From: Balanoglossus misakiensis
Lineage: Eukaryota > Animalia > Hemichordata
Direction of reading: 5' to 3'
DNA: 64,000 nt
NCBI GenBank assembly: GCA_040954595.2
Contig: CM082590.2
Coordinates: forward strand, 7,006,001 to 7,070,000
Shown: positions 41,422-53,721 of the stretch, piece after piece
Position numbering within the stretch: position 1 is the stretch's first letter
Layout of the letters: every line of letters begins with the position of its first letter
Position numbers and translations under genes: made by a program
The notes under the pieces: generated by a model
What the model saw: the letters and a program-made list of their open reading frames with translations, nothing else
Databases searched by the model: none
What the model was told of the DNA's origin: nothing

Positions 41422-43659
41422 ATGGCTGCAGGAGGTAGTCCTGTGAAACCCAGAGTGTCCACCATGAGGCGGAGAATACAGGAGGACTTCCTGCACTGCG
41501 GGATCTGCTTCGAGGTCTACGAGAACCCCAAATGCTTGCCCTGCCAGCACTCCTTCTGCCAGACGTGTCTGGACAAGCACGTCAAGGCCGGGGCGCGATT
41601 CAAGTGTCCGCTGTGCAACCAGGACTGCGTGGTCCCCGAGGGAGGGATCGCCAAGCTGCAGCCCAGCTACCTGATCAAGCAGCTGCAGGACATCATCATC
41701 CACCGCGACCCGGTCGCCGACACCAAATGCGAGATCTGCCAGATCCACCGCACGCAGGCGGTGTGCGTGGACTGCGTGCTGAACATCTGCGCCGACTGCT
41801 CGAACCACCACAAGATAATACCCACGACCAAGAAGCATCGAATCTTCACTCTAGAAGAGTACGGTTCAGCCAAGGCGAACGATAAGTCCCTAGTGCAACC
41901 GATGGTGTACTGCTCCACGCACAAACAGGACGTGCTGGATCTCTACTGCGAGAAATGCCAGCACCCGGTGTGTATTCGCTGCTCGCAGGACGAACACAGC
42001 ACCCGGGGACACAAATGCGTGAGTCTCACAAGCGTAACCGAGAAACACCAACTGGGTCTGTCCGAGGTACTGGCCCGCGTGGCAACCAAGAAGACCACAA
42101 ATTCCTCGCGCAAGAGCAACTCCGAGCAGATGATGGAGCTGATAGAACGCGAATACCGCGACGAGTGCTCGGCGATCGACGCGCACGCGCAGGAAACCAT
42201 GGCCCGGGTGAACGCAGAGAAGGACAGACTCCTACAGACCCTGACAACCAAGTTCGAAGAGAACAAAGACATGCTGCGGCAAGAAATCAGCCTCTTCGAC
42301 GAGAGCGGTAAGGTCATCGACGAGGTGATCACGAGTATAAACAATCTGAAACAATACGGCAATGCTGCTCAGGTGGTCTCCTCGTACCCTATGGTTCAAC
42401 AGTACACATCTCAGTTGTTCTCCGCAGCCATTCCTTACTTCACAGACGTCTGCAGCTTGCCTAAGTTCAGCCCCAATGACCGCACGACAAAGATCGACAT
42501 CGGCTGTATAACGTATGACACAATAGCTGCTGATAGTCTCGCCTTGAGATGCAGGCCCCACAGAAAGATTAAAGTCGGGGAAGATATCCATTTAGAAATT
42601 ACGGCCGGTGATCCGAAAGTCGTTCGGAAAAAAACCATGATTAGTCGGGAGATTGTGGGAACTCTAACCGACTCTGACGGCAGTGCAAAAGTCTTGGATA
42701 TCATAGAAAGTCAGGAAGACGCAGGCAATGAGACCCATGTGTTGAAACTCCAGTGCCTAACCACTGGTAAACACAAGGTATTCGTCAAGTTAAATAAACG
42801 CAGCATCGAAGGTTCCCCGTACACTGTCAGTGTCTCGCCAGCGTGGCAGAGGGTCGAGGTGATCGGGGGTGAGGGGGACGGGGTCGGGGAGTTCATCCTC
42901 CCTCGCGGCGTCGCCCAGGACAAGAGAGGGAAACTCTTAGTGGTGGATACCGGGAATAAGAGAGTCCAGAAGCTGAATCCGAAGAAAGGCCACAAGAAGA
43001 TTCTCAACCTGGTGGGGTTGAATCGGCCCATACTGCCGCACGGCATAGCCGTTTCTTCCCTCAATGAGTACTTCATTACAGACGCCAAGAATAACAGGGT
43101 AGTTGTTTGCGACAGGAAGGGCAAGGTGATCGGTTGGTTCGGGGAGGCCAAACTTCGCGTTCCGTGGGGAATCGCTATCAACGAATCACTCGGCTACGTG
43201 TATATCGTTAACAACGGCATGCACTGTGTTGCCGTATTCGGCAAAGAAGGTGGAAAATACAGCTTCCGGAAATCCTTCAGTACCGAAGGAAACGGTCTCG
43301 GCCAGTTAAGCAGCCCGCTGTGCGTTGCCATAAACAGCAAAGATCAGGTGCTCGTGTCAGACCGGGATAATCACCGAATCCAAGTGTTCGAGGCGGAAGG
43401 CAAGGCCCTGTTCGCGTTCGGAAGGAAAGGGGATAGTGAGGGGTGCTTCATTTGTCCGGAGGGGGTGGCCGTGGACAGGGAGGATAACATCTATGTCTGC
43501 GACTGCTATAATAACAGAGTGCAGAAGTTTGATGACAGAGGGAGGTTCGTCTGTTGTATCAGTACCTCCTCCCAGCTCCGCGACCCTCGGGGTGTCATGG
43601 TAGACGACTCGAACAATGTCATTGTCACTGATGCTGACAAAGTGCATATATTTGCTTAA
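41422..43659 (+). CDS. TRIM-NHL E3 ligase (TRIM2/TRIM3/TRIM71-like): RING, B-box1, B-box2, coiled coil, filamin, NHL repeats (745 aa, single coding exon)
   Basis: RING CGIC..CQHSFCQTC..CPLC; B-box CEIC..CVDC..CADC; B-box CSTH..CEKC..CIRC..H; filamin end GKHKVFVKLNKRSIEGSPY; NHL repeats F.LPRGVA, LSSPLCVAINSKDQVLVSDRDNHRIQVF, PEGVAVDREDNIYVCDCYNNRVQKF. An acceptor at about 41345 implies upstream UTR exon(s). Confidence 0.93.
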   Translation: MAAGGSPVKPRVSTMRRRIQEDFLHCGICFEVYENPKCLPCQHSFCQTCLDKHVKAGARFKCPLCNQDCVVPEGGIAKLQPSYLIKQLQDIIIHRDPVADTKCEICQIHRTQAVCVDCVLNICADCSNHHKIIPTTKKHRIFTLEEYGSAKANDKSLVQPMVYCSTHKQDVLDLYCEKCQHPVCIRCSQDEHSTRGHKCVSLTSVTEKHQLGLSEVLARVATKKTTNSSRKSNSEQMMELIEREYRDECSAIDAHAQETMARVNAEKDRLLQTLTTKFEENKDMLRQEISLFDESGKVIDEVITSINNLKQYGNAAQVVSSYPMVQQYTSQLFSAAIPYFTDVCSLPKFSPNDRTTKIDIGCITYDTIAADSLALRCRPHRKIKVGEDIHLEITAGDPKVVRKKTMISREIVGTLTDSDGSAKVLDIIESQEDAGNETHVLKLQCLTTGKHKVFVKLNKRSIEGSPYTVSVSPAWQRVEVIGGEGDGVGEFILPRGVAQDKRGKLLVVDTGNKRVQKLNPKKGHKKILNLVGLNRPILPHGIAVSSLNEYFITDAKNNRVVVCDRKGKVIGWFGEAKLRVPWGIAINESLGYVYIVNNGMHCVAVFGKEGGKYSFRKSFSTEGNGLGQLSSPLCVAINSKDQVLVSDRDNHRIQVFEAEGKALFAFGRKGDSEGCFICPEGVAVDREDNIYVCDCYNNRVQKFDDRGRFVCCISTSSQLRDPRGVMVDDSNNVIVTDADKVHIFA

Positions 43660-46600
43660 AGGGACAAAGTCTCTCTTTCGCCGCCTTATTTTCAATTAAT
43701 TAAGTTTGATACAAGACGCCGTTTATGTTATTCTACATGTGGCTATATAGTGAATCAACATTCGACCAACAACTTCCATCCCGTTTGTAGGAGATGAGAG
43801 TAAAAATCCTGCCAAAATGAATAAATGGTGGAGACCGATTATTCATTTTGGCGAGTTTTTCACTCTCATATCTACAAGCAGGATGGAAGTTGTGTGTGGT
43901 CGAACGTTGATTCACTATATATCCACATGTAGAATAACATAAACGGTGTCTTGTATCAAACATAATTAATGTAAAAAGGCAGCGAGAGAGAGACTTTGTC
44001 CCTCAGACAACTTGCGTCTGTGAGACACCCTTTTCATAAATCTAGCGGCCTCAGGCAGCCATCATGAATTTGAACTCAAAGTGAGGCCAGTGGGGAAAAG
44101 TTGACCGATCAGATCAAGGGTGTTTTCCCATTGGCTTCGCTTTGAGTTCAAATTCATGATGGCTGTTTTAGGGCGCTAGTTAGACCAATGAAAGGGGTGT
44201 ATAGAATCTGTTTCCTATAGCAGATATTCAAAAACATTGGGTACCCTCGTACGATGTGTCATTTAAACTTACCCAGTGCAGTTTTTAAACAGAACAAAAT
44301 CTTATCTTCAATACATTCATTTATGTAAAATTTAAAACAGGAATATTTACAGTATTCATTTATACACAGTCCTCAGGACTGTGATGACTAGAACAACTGA
44401 AATCAACCCTTGGTCACATAAATTAATTGGAATACCAGAAGCAGTCTGGTTCAATAATCATGTACATATTGGTCAATAATGAATCCATCATTATTCCCAG
44501 ACAAGATTTTGTAAGGACTAGAGGGACCATCTTGAACATGTGAGAAACTGTTACCCGTTTGTTTGGTTCTGCCATGCCAAGCTTGACTTGAGTGCTGGCG
44601 ACTTATTAATATTCATGCTCATGAATATTCATACTCATTAAAATTCATATTTGTTGCAAGTCATACCCATTCATCAATGTATCAAAATGAGACAATAGAC
44701 TGAATTGAGTACACACTATATTGCCTGCTGGCAGCCTTTGTTTGCTAGGTTTTTCACTTGATTGCTGGTCGGCCCGACCACCGACCAGTGTGGGAAGAAT
44801 CCTGATTTACATTTGGGGTAATAGTTAAATAATAACACATGTTAGCGAGGGCAATATCATGATCTTTGGCCTGCACGAGGGATGGTGATCTCTGACCATA
44901 ATATTGATGATGCCCGAGCCGCAGGCGAGGGCATCATCAATATTATGGTCAGAGATCACCAGCCCGAGGGCAGGCCAAAGATCATGATATTGCCCGAGAA
45001 TGACATGTGTTATTAATTTTATTATACCGAACATTTGACCATACATACAGCCTAGAGGGTTGCGTCCGTGTCGTACATTGCAGCTTGCAGCGAACTAAAA
45101 TATCTCGCCATACCTACTTCGAACTCAGATAATCTTGAGGCAACCGCGCTGTTGGTTGCGACTTTGGTGTATTTACTGTCCGTTTGCGGTAAAATATCGT
45201 CCAGTTGAACAGGTTTAATCCTGTGTGTCGCTTTGAAGCCATACATGCGAGAGTTGACTGATCGTAAAGGAAGCCATTGAACCACAGTTTGTTATGCGCA
45301 GAAAAGATGCGCAGAACCTAAAACCTGTTCTCAGCCTGTAATATTCTCTCAGCGCGCGCGTATCCCCGGCCCGTAGCCCCTACCTACGGGCCATAGACTC
45401 TGTCAACCATGTAATATCACGTTCTTTTCTATGTCACGTGGTACGGTCTCAGCCAATCAATAGTACGGAATACAGAGTGAGGTGTAATAATTACAATTGA
45501 TGTAAAATATATTCCCCAGTTACATGTGGAACATAAATATTCCAGAGAGAAACCTACAGCAGCTGTTCATATAGTAGGAATGTCATGTTCCATAGTACTG
45601 TAAAACACAATATTTTCGCGAGTTGAAATTTTCGCAATATCGAGAGAGGCCACTGTTTCGCGAGTATTAATTTTCGCGTTATCTTATTTCATTCACTGCA
45701 TTGTTATCTTCAAAAACAATTTACGCGACTTTTTATTTTCACGCTATTTTGGCTCTCGCGTATTTGGCAAAAATTAATTGCTCGCGAAAAATAAAGTGTT
45801 TTACAGTAAGCAAGTCTTCAGTGAAATGTAATTATGTTTCATATGCAGGTGGATTTTTATCATTCTCCGAATAACACATCCATTCCAGTGGAAGATACAT
45901 TTTTTTATGAGTTGAATTATCAGTATGTAGAACAAATTATAGTAACATTTGATTGGCGAAAGTTGGAAATGTTTTGTATATTTCATGCAAGCTGCCTGAA
46001 AAAAGTGATATGTCAATTTTTTACGTGACTGTAAAACATTTCCATAAAAGTAGTTTTGGTGTGCTCTCTTGATATTTTAAAAGTAAAATTGTCAAGTTCA
46101 GCAGATTTAAATTCGTGTATTTTTTAAGCAGGTGTCATTTCTCAATTTTTAAAGATTATGTTATTTTATTTTAAACATTGTTATGTTCATATAACTTTAA
46201 GTATATGCATATAAAATAAAGTCATGAATGGATTTTAGTATTCGAAAATGTTGACATTCAGTTGTTTACTGATTATTTAAAGGAAAGTTTGAGATATCGA
46301 ATCGGATAAAACTCAATACATATACCAGACTTGACATGGACTTAGTAATAAAAATTTTGATATAATTTTTATTGCAACTGGAATCAGTAAAATAAGGCAC
46401 AATCAAATATGTACAAACTTTAAAAAAGAAAAACAATCTTTGAGCACACATGAAATAACTTCTGACCACAAAAAAAAGATCTTCAGAAAAGAAAAATCAA
46501 GGTACTGAGTTTGAGGTTAAGTCAGTATTTCTTAGTTTCTTAATACATACTGACTATAATGACTTCACATTGACTAAATGACAATAATTTTGATATAATT

Positions 46601-47038
46601 TTTATTGCAACTGAAATCAGTAAAATAAAGCACAATCAAAATTTGTACAAAGTTAAAAATCTTTGAGCACACATCAAGTAACTTATGACCATAAAGAAAA
46701 GATCTTTAGACAAGAAACAACAAGAAACTGAGTCTAAGTTCAGTCAATATATCTGTGTAACTTTCTGAGTACTGACTATATTGCGCTTGCTGGTAGAAAT
46801 ACTTAAAGGTACACAGTCACCTACAATTTACATATGCCCATATATGGCTTAATTGGAGTATTTCAGAACAAATGATGGCGTTCTTTTTTTTCGCATGTGC
46901 CACCCACTAAAATTCTGTGATTGGCTAGATCTCATTTTGCCATGGTAACTGTAGCGAAATTAACATAGGTGACTGTATACCTTTAAAGTGGTTACATTTT
47001 CGGCAAGCACTGATATCAATGTTATACATAGGTTTTGA

Positions 47039-50000
47039 CTAGACATGGAGTTTGAAATATTTCTTTCTGATCTGTTCAGGAATTTCAATGACATGCATGT
47101 GGTATTTTGCTATCATATCTACTAGGCCATTCCTCTCAGTTTCCGACATTGCGTCCAAAATCTCCTCGTTTGCGAGCAATTTCATTTCTTTGACTACGAA
47201 GGCTGGACCCTGCGATCTGTCGGATCCGTATATATTCACTGTAGGCCTGTCACTGAAAAGCGGTTGGGGGACTATTTTCTGCGGCGGAGGAATCACCACA
47301 AGTTTTAGACTCGGCACTCTCTGGCGCATTGATTCTTGAATTTGCTTCACTGTCTCGACAACTCGCGCATAATCATCTTCCGGGGGCGCGATTGGGGGGA
47401 GGCTGAATTCTCGCAAAGTCTCGTTCGATCTCATCGAATCACGGAAGCATTCGATGGCCTTGAGATCAATTTGTATGGGTTTGTTATTAAGCGTGTCCCA
47501 GACCACAGTTTCAAGAGCTGCCCCATCTTTGCTGTGAACCAGACCGGACAGACAATTCAAAACATCGCTGCTCATCGGGCCGTTGTATCGCATAAACAGT
47601 CTATTCAAAGCCTTGTGGTGACTCACCGCACGCAAGACACTCACAACCAACTCGCCTATGTCATCGGAAAAGAAAATCGTGAGAGACCTAAGGGTGCTAT
47701 TTCTGTGCAGAACATCGCAGATGCCACCGCTTTGCTGCCCTACGGTGACACTGAACTCCTCAAGTGAGTCGTTAATTTCGAGAGCCTGGAAGAGGGGCGT
47801 GACATCCGGACAACACGCGGTCGGGATCGGGCCAACACCGAGAGACCAGAGTTTGAAATATGCCAATGTTTTGTTTTCCTCTAGAGCCTCCCTAAGTGGA
47901 GCGAAATCGATGTCCGCACCGGGAGGGATACCTAACAACAGGAAAGACAGCTTTTTCAAACTCTTGCTGTCTCTTAAAACTTCCCCTAAGCTCTCAATCA
48001 GTGGCTGTTCTGGGATTGTGAGCACCGAGCGAACTTGTAGGTCTAACTCTTCAAGTGGCGCGACTTTGAACAACTCCAGGGGAAGGTTCGGGAACGGGAC
48101 GACTGGCGAGGACAAATTCAAAACGAGGCTGAACTTGCCTCGTTCTGAGTTACCGTTCAGGCCTTCAGTTACCTTGGCGACCGACGCGCACATGATTTGA
48201 TCGACTTTCTCGTCGGAATCCGTATTTTTCATTCTGAAAAAGTTCAGATTTACCTCTTTAATGCTGGTGCAGCGTTCGATTGCTGATGAAACGGCGTTTG
48301 TTTGCAACGGGTCAAGAAATATATCGGTCTCCAACGATTCAATCGCGGTATCTCCAGACAACTGAGCGAGCACGTCCGCGCACAACTCCGGGTCGAACAT
48401 CCTGCCCATGATCAATTTACGAACGCCGCCCCGATTTTCAGAATGGGATTCGGGGCTGCTCTGGAGAACGGAGCCCAAACCCTGCAGAGATTGCTGGTCG
48501 AGGTGGAGATTCACAGGCGCGTTCTCAATCTGACGCTGTTCATACTCAGAATGAGTGAAGCTGTAACCGCGATATGACGTAAGATTCAATGTCGGCGGTA
48601 AATGGCTGGCCACAATGCGTGCTAGGGAGTCCCCATTTCCTGTCTCGTGGAGACATGCTAGGGAGCTTAGTAGGAGCCGCTCAAATCTAGCCCTGTCTGA
48701 TTTATGCTTGTCCAGGTTTTCTGCATACTCGCGAAGAATTGGACTCGCGTCGGCTTTTAACAAACCGCTAGCAAACGAGCAGACGGCGAAATGTTCGTTT
48801 TCGAGCAACTCGCGCATGTCTGTCGCCGCGTCCCCGCCATTTTGGATTTTCGAAGTGATGTAGAAGCCCGCGAAGTATTCTTGGAACGTTTTATGTAGGA
48901 AGTTGCACGTTTTCGATCTTTTTATTCTCGAGACTCCGACGTCTTTCGTTAGAAACCCTGTAAGAAGCAACTCGTCGGGTGTGATTTCTGACTGCTGAAA
49001 TATCAGCCTGTTTTCGCGCAATCCCCGCCACGCATATTCGCCGAGTTTGCATAATTTCTCCGTGATGTCGTCTGGAACTTGGTCGCCATCTTTGTTGACG
49101 ACCTCTGATCTGTTCGCGACGTAGGATTTCGTGATCGCCAACACGAGATCGGCGTATAAGTCAGTAACGGTGCTGGGCAGATTTCCGGCGTTATCCTCCC
49201 ACAAAACACAGAGCAAGATCGTGTTCAGAGGAGTCTGACAAATCTCTGACAGAACACGCTTTGATCGGACCTCCTGAATCAAACTTTCTGCTGTCCCCTT
49301 TCTATCTTTGAAGTAATTACAAATGAAATTGTCCCTGTCTTTTGGCGAGTATCCAGTAATTCTCAAATTCGGGTGGCAAAATTTCAAGATGGCGTCAAAT
49401 TCGTGCGGGCGGGAGGTCACAACGACGGTACTCTCGTACATAGTTTGGCCCTGAATCAATCTATTAAGGTCACTGTCTAGCAATATTTTAGGATCAACTT
49501 CGTCTAATCCGTCTACGATAAACAAGAGATTTTTCGATTCAGTCAAGAGTTCAGCCCAAAGCTCGTCTTGTTTGAATTTATTTTTGTACTCCTCGGGGAA
49601 TTGATCAAAGATGGCGTCTGCGATACTTCCGCTGAAATCTCTCATCTCTAACAGAAAAGCGGCGCTAAACTGTGGCAATTTCCCACAGGCCCATTCGTAT
49701 AGGATTTTCTGACTGAAGGTACTCTTCCCAATGCCCGGGGAGCCCTCAACCCTCACCCGTCTCGGCATCCGGGCGCTTTTCGCGATCGTCCCGAACAAGT
49801 CAGACACCTTCAGCGGGAAAGCGTCCGACAAGCGCCCTCTACGGTCCTTCTCCGTAAACTGCAGGTTGGTGTAGACGTCGTTGAGGGGCAGGAAGAAGTC
49901 GTGGCACCATGGCAACGGCTGCACTTCGGAAAGTCGCGATCTGTAGAATGTCCGCAGGTAGTCAGACACTTCTTTGATGATGAAAGATGTAGGTATTGGC

Positions 50001-51229
50001 TGTTCTGTGGAAGGAATGATGAGATGGAAATCATGATAATAATCAATTCTTACTTAATTCTTTACACGTGATCTGGCCATGTGACCCATGGTGATGTCAA
50101 ATCCAGGTGACGGACAAGCAATATTTCAGCATCCAGTAAAAGTTTTTCAGAGTATTTTTTTTACTTTAAGTTTAAAGCCACCTGACGAGGCTAGACACGT
50201 AACATGTATCAGGTATGGTGCCTTATCAGCCTCATGGAGTTTCGTTGGCACAGTCTAAGTCAGGACCACGTTGCTGAAGTTGCCTGTCATCTGGAAATTT
50301 GAATGCGAACGTAACTGCCACCTGAGCGCGTCTGACGTCATTTGATATCAAAGAATAGAAATGATACCATAGCAGACCCATTTTGTGGTTGTACAATAGA
50401 AAAATAACATATCTGTTTTGGATACATGTACAACTGTCCCTAAATACAATCGATTGATCAATCCTTGAAAGATCACCATTGTCACTGAGCAATTTGTATT
50501 ATGATAATTATCTGATATAATCCAGATATTTCCTTTGTGATGTGTTCTCCAGGAGAGTTAAAGGGGAAATCCGGCCTAGCTGATTTCTACATAATGTGGT
50601 AGCTTTGAGGTCACTCTTTCAGAAAAAAACATATTCGCCATGTATAAGTCGAGCGAATATGTTTTATTATGAAAGAGTGACCTCAAAGTTACCAAATTAT
50701 GTAGAAATCAGCTAGGCCGGATTTCCCCTTTAAGTTTAAGTTTAAGTACTAGTACTAGTATTCAAAACGGAGTTGAGAGTTGAAGTCTTCTATTTCAAGT
50801 TCCAAGATTCAAAATTCATCCCAGAAATACCACTCACCACTTAAGTTTCCCTCTGCAAGAAAACGGTGAAACTTCTTCACCAAGTCAACCCTGGGAAGCG
50901 CTTCCAGGAGGCTGATGAAAGTGTCATAGTTGCCAGGCAACGCCACACCCATCTGATGCAGCTTGAAGAAGATGTCTCCAGCAGACATAGACTCTGTCGC
51001 GTCCCCGGGCACTAATATCCCACACGACAGACAATGGCGCTTCAAGCTGTTTAATTCGTCTGAATAAAAGTGAAAAAGGGCACACAATTATTAAGAGTCA
51101 GAACGTAACATACAAGGGAAGAGGGGGGGGGGAGTTAAGGGGGGGGGGAGGTTGGGTCAGAGAGAGCAAACGAGCGAGAGACAGACAGACAGAGCAAGAG
51201 AGAGATAGAGACAGAGAGAGAGAGAGAGT

Positions 51230-51260
<31 letters not shown>

Positions 51261-52631
51261 GAGAGAGAGTGAGAGAGAGATAGACAGACAGAGCGAGAGA
51301 GAGAGAGAGAGAGAGGGAGAGCCTCACGTGGACTTTTTCTATACAGCATCATCGTTTACGCAATCGCAGAGAGAGACGGTGTTTGTTTTATACAGGAGAT
51401 AACCCATTGATGTGACCTTTGACCGAGTTATGAACCAGCCCATTCAGGTAAACACATTGGTAAATTCTGGCTCAGTTTGCTTTTTGATCATGTTGACATA
51501 ATTACAAACAGTTGCATCAGTTGTATAAGTTCCTCATTTGATATCGAAATAGTCATTGTGATATGACAACATCGCATTTAAAAATTAACAACAACTCGTC
51601 TACTAGTGATGTGACGTCATGCTTTTGAAACTTTTGCATGTCTCCCCCAAATGATATTTTTCCAGTGGTCAAATTTAGACCTACACCAGATTCTTCTTAT
51701 AATGGCTGCAAAGTTGGCTATGACGTCACGTATTTGTGAAATCTGATGACATAGTTGCTATCTAACCGTATCAACATTAATACCTGTTTTGTCGCACTTT
51801 ATACATCCCCATTTAATATCGACATTGATTGCGATTCAGAAAACTTGAAAAATTTGGACTAACTCCAAAAATTATCATCGACGTGAGCTTGGCTGGTCGT
51901 TCAGTAGACAAAGGCTATTGACATAATTCTAGGAATTTGTCCTGATTTGACCTCAGAATTACGGATGCAAATCGACCTACAAAAAGGACCCTTCGCGTTT
52001 TGTATTTTTTTGACAAGTGAATCGAGATAGTTGCAGTATCATTGCACTAGGTTTTGCCAGACAGACATGGTGGCAAAACCTCGAGCTATTAGTTGACGAC
52101 ATGCCAGTTAAGAAGTCGAAAAGCTTGGACACACAACTTGTGACGTATCATATAGAGTTTTTGTTAAGGTTGGTGAACATTGGTAAATGACTTGGGAACC
52201 CCGGTAACGCATCTGCTACCTGCAGTGTTGTTGCTAAGGTTTGGGAACATTGGTAATGGATTTGGGAACCCCGGTAACATATTCTACAACCCCCTAATAT
52301 AACTGCATTGATACACCCTGGGGAACCCCGGTAAAATGACTGGGGAACCACGGTAACATTTACCTGGCTACCCCCCTTAACAAAAACACTGACTTGATAA
52401 TTATGACTGCATTGATATATATATATACCAAGGGAAACTCCGGTAAAATGACTGGAGAAACCACGGTAACATATTTACCTAGCTACCCCCTTAACAAAAA
52501 CACTGTATAATACTATAGTACACTAACTGGAATGTCATGAATGTTTAGTTACACTCACCCTTGGTAATGGCCTTGGATAGATCGTCCAGGAAGAGGACAA
52601 ACGGATCAAGGATGTTCTTCGATGTGGCCAT
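47039..52631 (-). CDS. NLR-family receptor: death-effector domain, NACHT, LRR-like C-terminus (about 1086 aa)
   Basis: Exons 52631-52559, 51059-50838 and 50004-47039 join in frame. N-terminus FVLFLDDLSKAITKDELNSLKRHC..DIFFKLHQMG..NYDTFISLLEALPRVDLVKKF has the DED pattern with RxDL. NACHT Walker A GSPGIGKS, Walker B LFIVDGLDE, VVVTSRP, winged helix FLHKTFQEYFAG. RI-like LRRs L..N.TL..L.L. Confidence 0.9.
50558..50733. mobile_element. Near-perfect palindromic TTAA-flanked MITE in NLR intron 2
   Basis: TTAAAGGGGAAATCCGGCCTAGCTGATTTCTACATAAT... and its reverse complement at the other end. Confidence 0.8.
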
Positions 52632-53721
52632 TGTGATAGCTGTGCACGAGTGAGCTTCTATCAGGAGGTGTGTCAGTCATGCAGTGTGTATAGAACTCTC
52701 CTATCGTGGGCGGGGTCGAACTACGTCATAGTAAACACATACCAGATAGTTTTTCCTCTTCAACTTAGGGATGGACCGTTTCGTTTCATGGGGGTCGATA
52801 TACATGTACAAATACATTGTACTAGACCGGACCACACTGTTTAAACCTGGAACTTAGGGGTGGGCCATTTGATATCATGCGGGTTTAGATACCTGTACTG
52901 TATTATAGACCACATTGTTTTCCTCTAGATCTTAGGGGTGGACCATTTGATGTCATGGGAGTGTAGATACCAGTACTGGACCCCACTTAGGGGTGGATCA
53001 TTTGATATCATGGGGGTCTAGATACAAGTACCCAATTCCCTATTTAGAGGTCCAACTTTACCACAGAAAACAATGGGTTTGGACTGAACCATGTTGGTAA
53101 AGGGGTAATATTTTAACCCTGGCAGGCAGGTGCTGACTGATCCATAAGAACACACTGGTATAAACAACAGAAATTGGCATTAAAACAAACCGTTAAATAC
53201 TTAAAAACAAAATTTATTTTGAAATGTGTCTACATACCAATATGGAAGTAATATACACATATTTTTTTACAAATAACTGAATGTGGTATAAAAACCACAA
53301 TTAAATCTTTTAAATTTCAAAATTCCCTCTTTTCAAAAAATGACGAGTAATGTTCGCGTTTAGCTCTGCTGTACACTTGTACATGTGAGCTTTTGTTGTC
53401 CGTTTTGGCCGAGTGACCATAACCCTGTCACCCCCCGTTTCCTCTATGGTGAAGTCCAACTGAACAATAGAAAACAATGGTTTCGGACCAAACCATGGTG
53501 GTGAAAGGGTTAAAATAATGAGTTCCGTGACCGGGAACAATAGTGGTCATACTTGTAAAGCCATCCAATAGCACATAAGTGCAAGAATTTTTTCATGAAA
53601 TGTGCGTTTTTATAGTGTCAATGTCTCTTATAAAGTTGTCGTCAAAACCCCAAACAGAGAGTAGTATTTCAGGAGCAACATTTTTCAACCACTGCAAACT
53701 TCCCGTCAACTGAGCGATTAT

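Noticed and set aside
46335-46790. Direct duplication of about 200 bp in the 3' region between the TRIM and NLR genes
   Set aside because: AT-rich diverged local duplication with no coding or structural signal.
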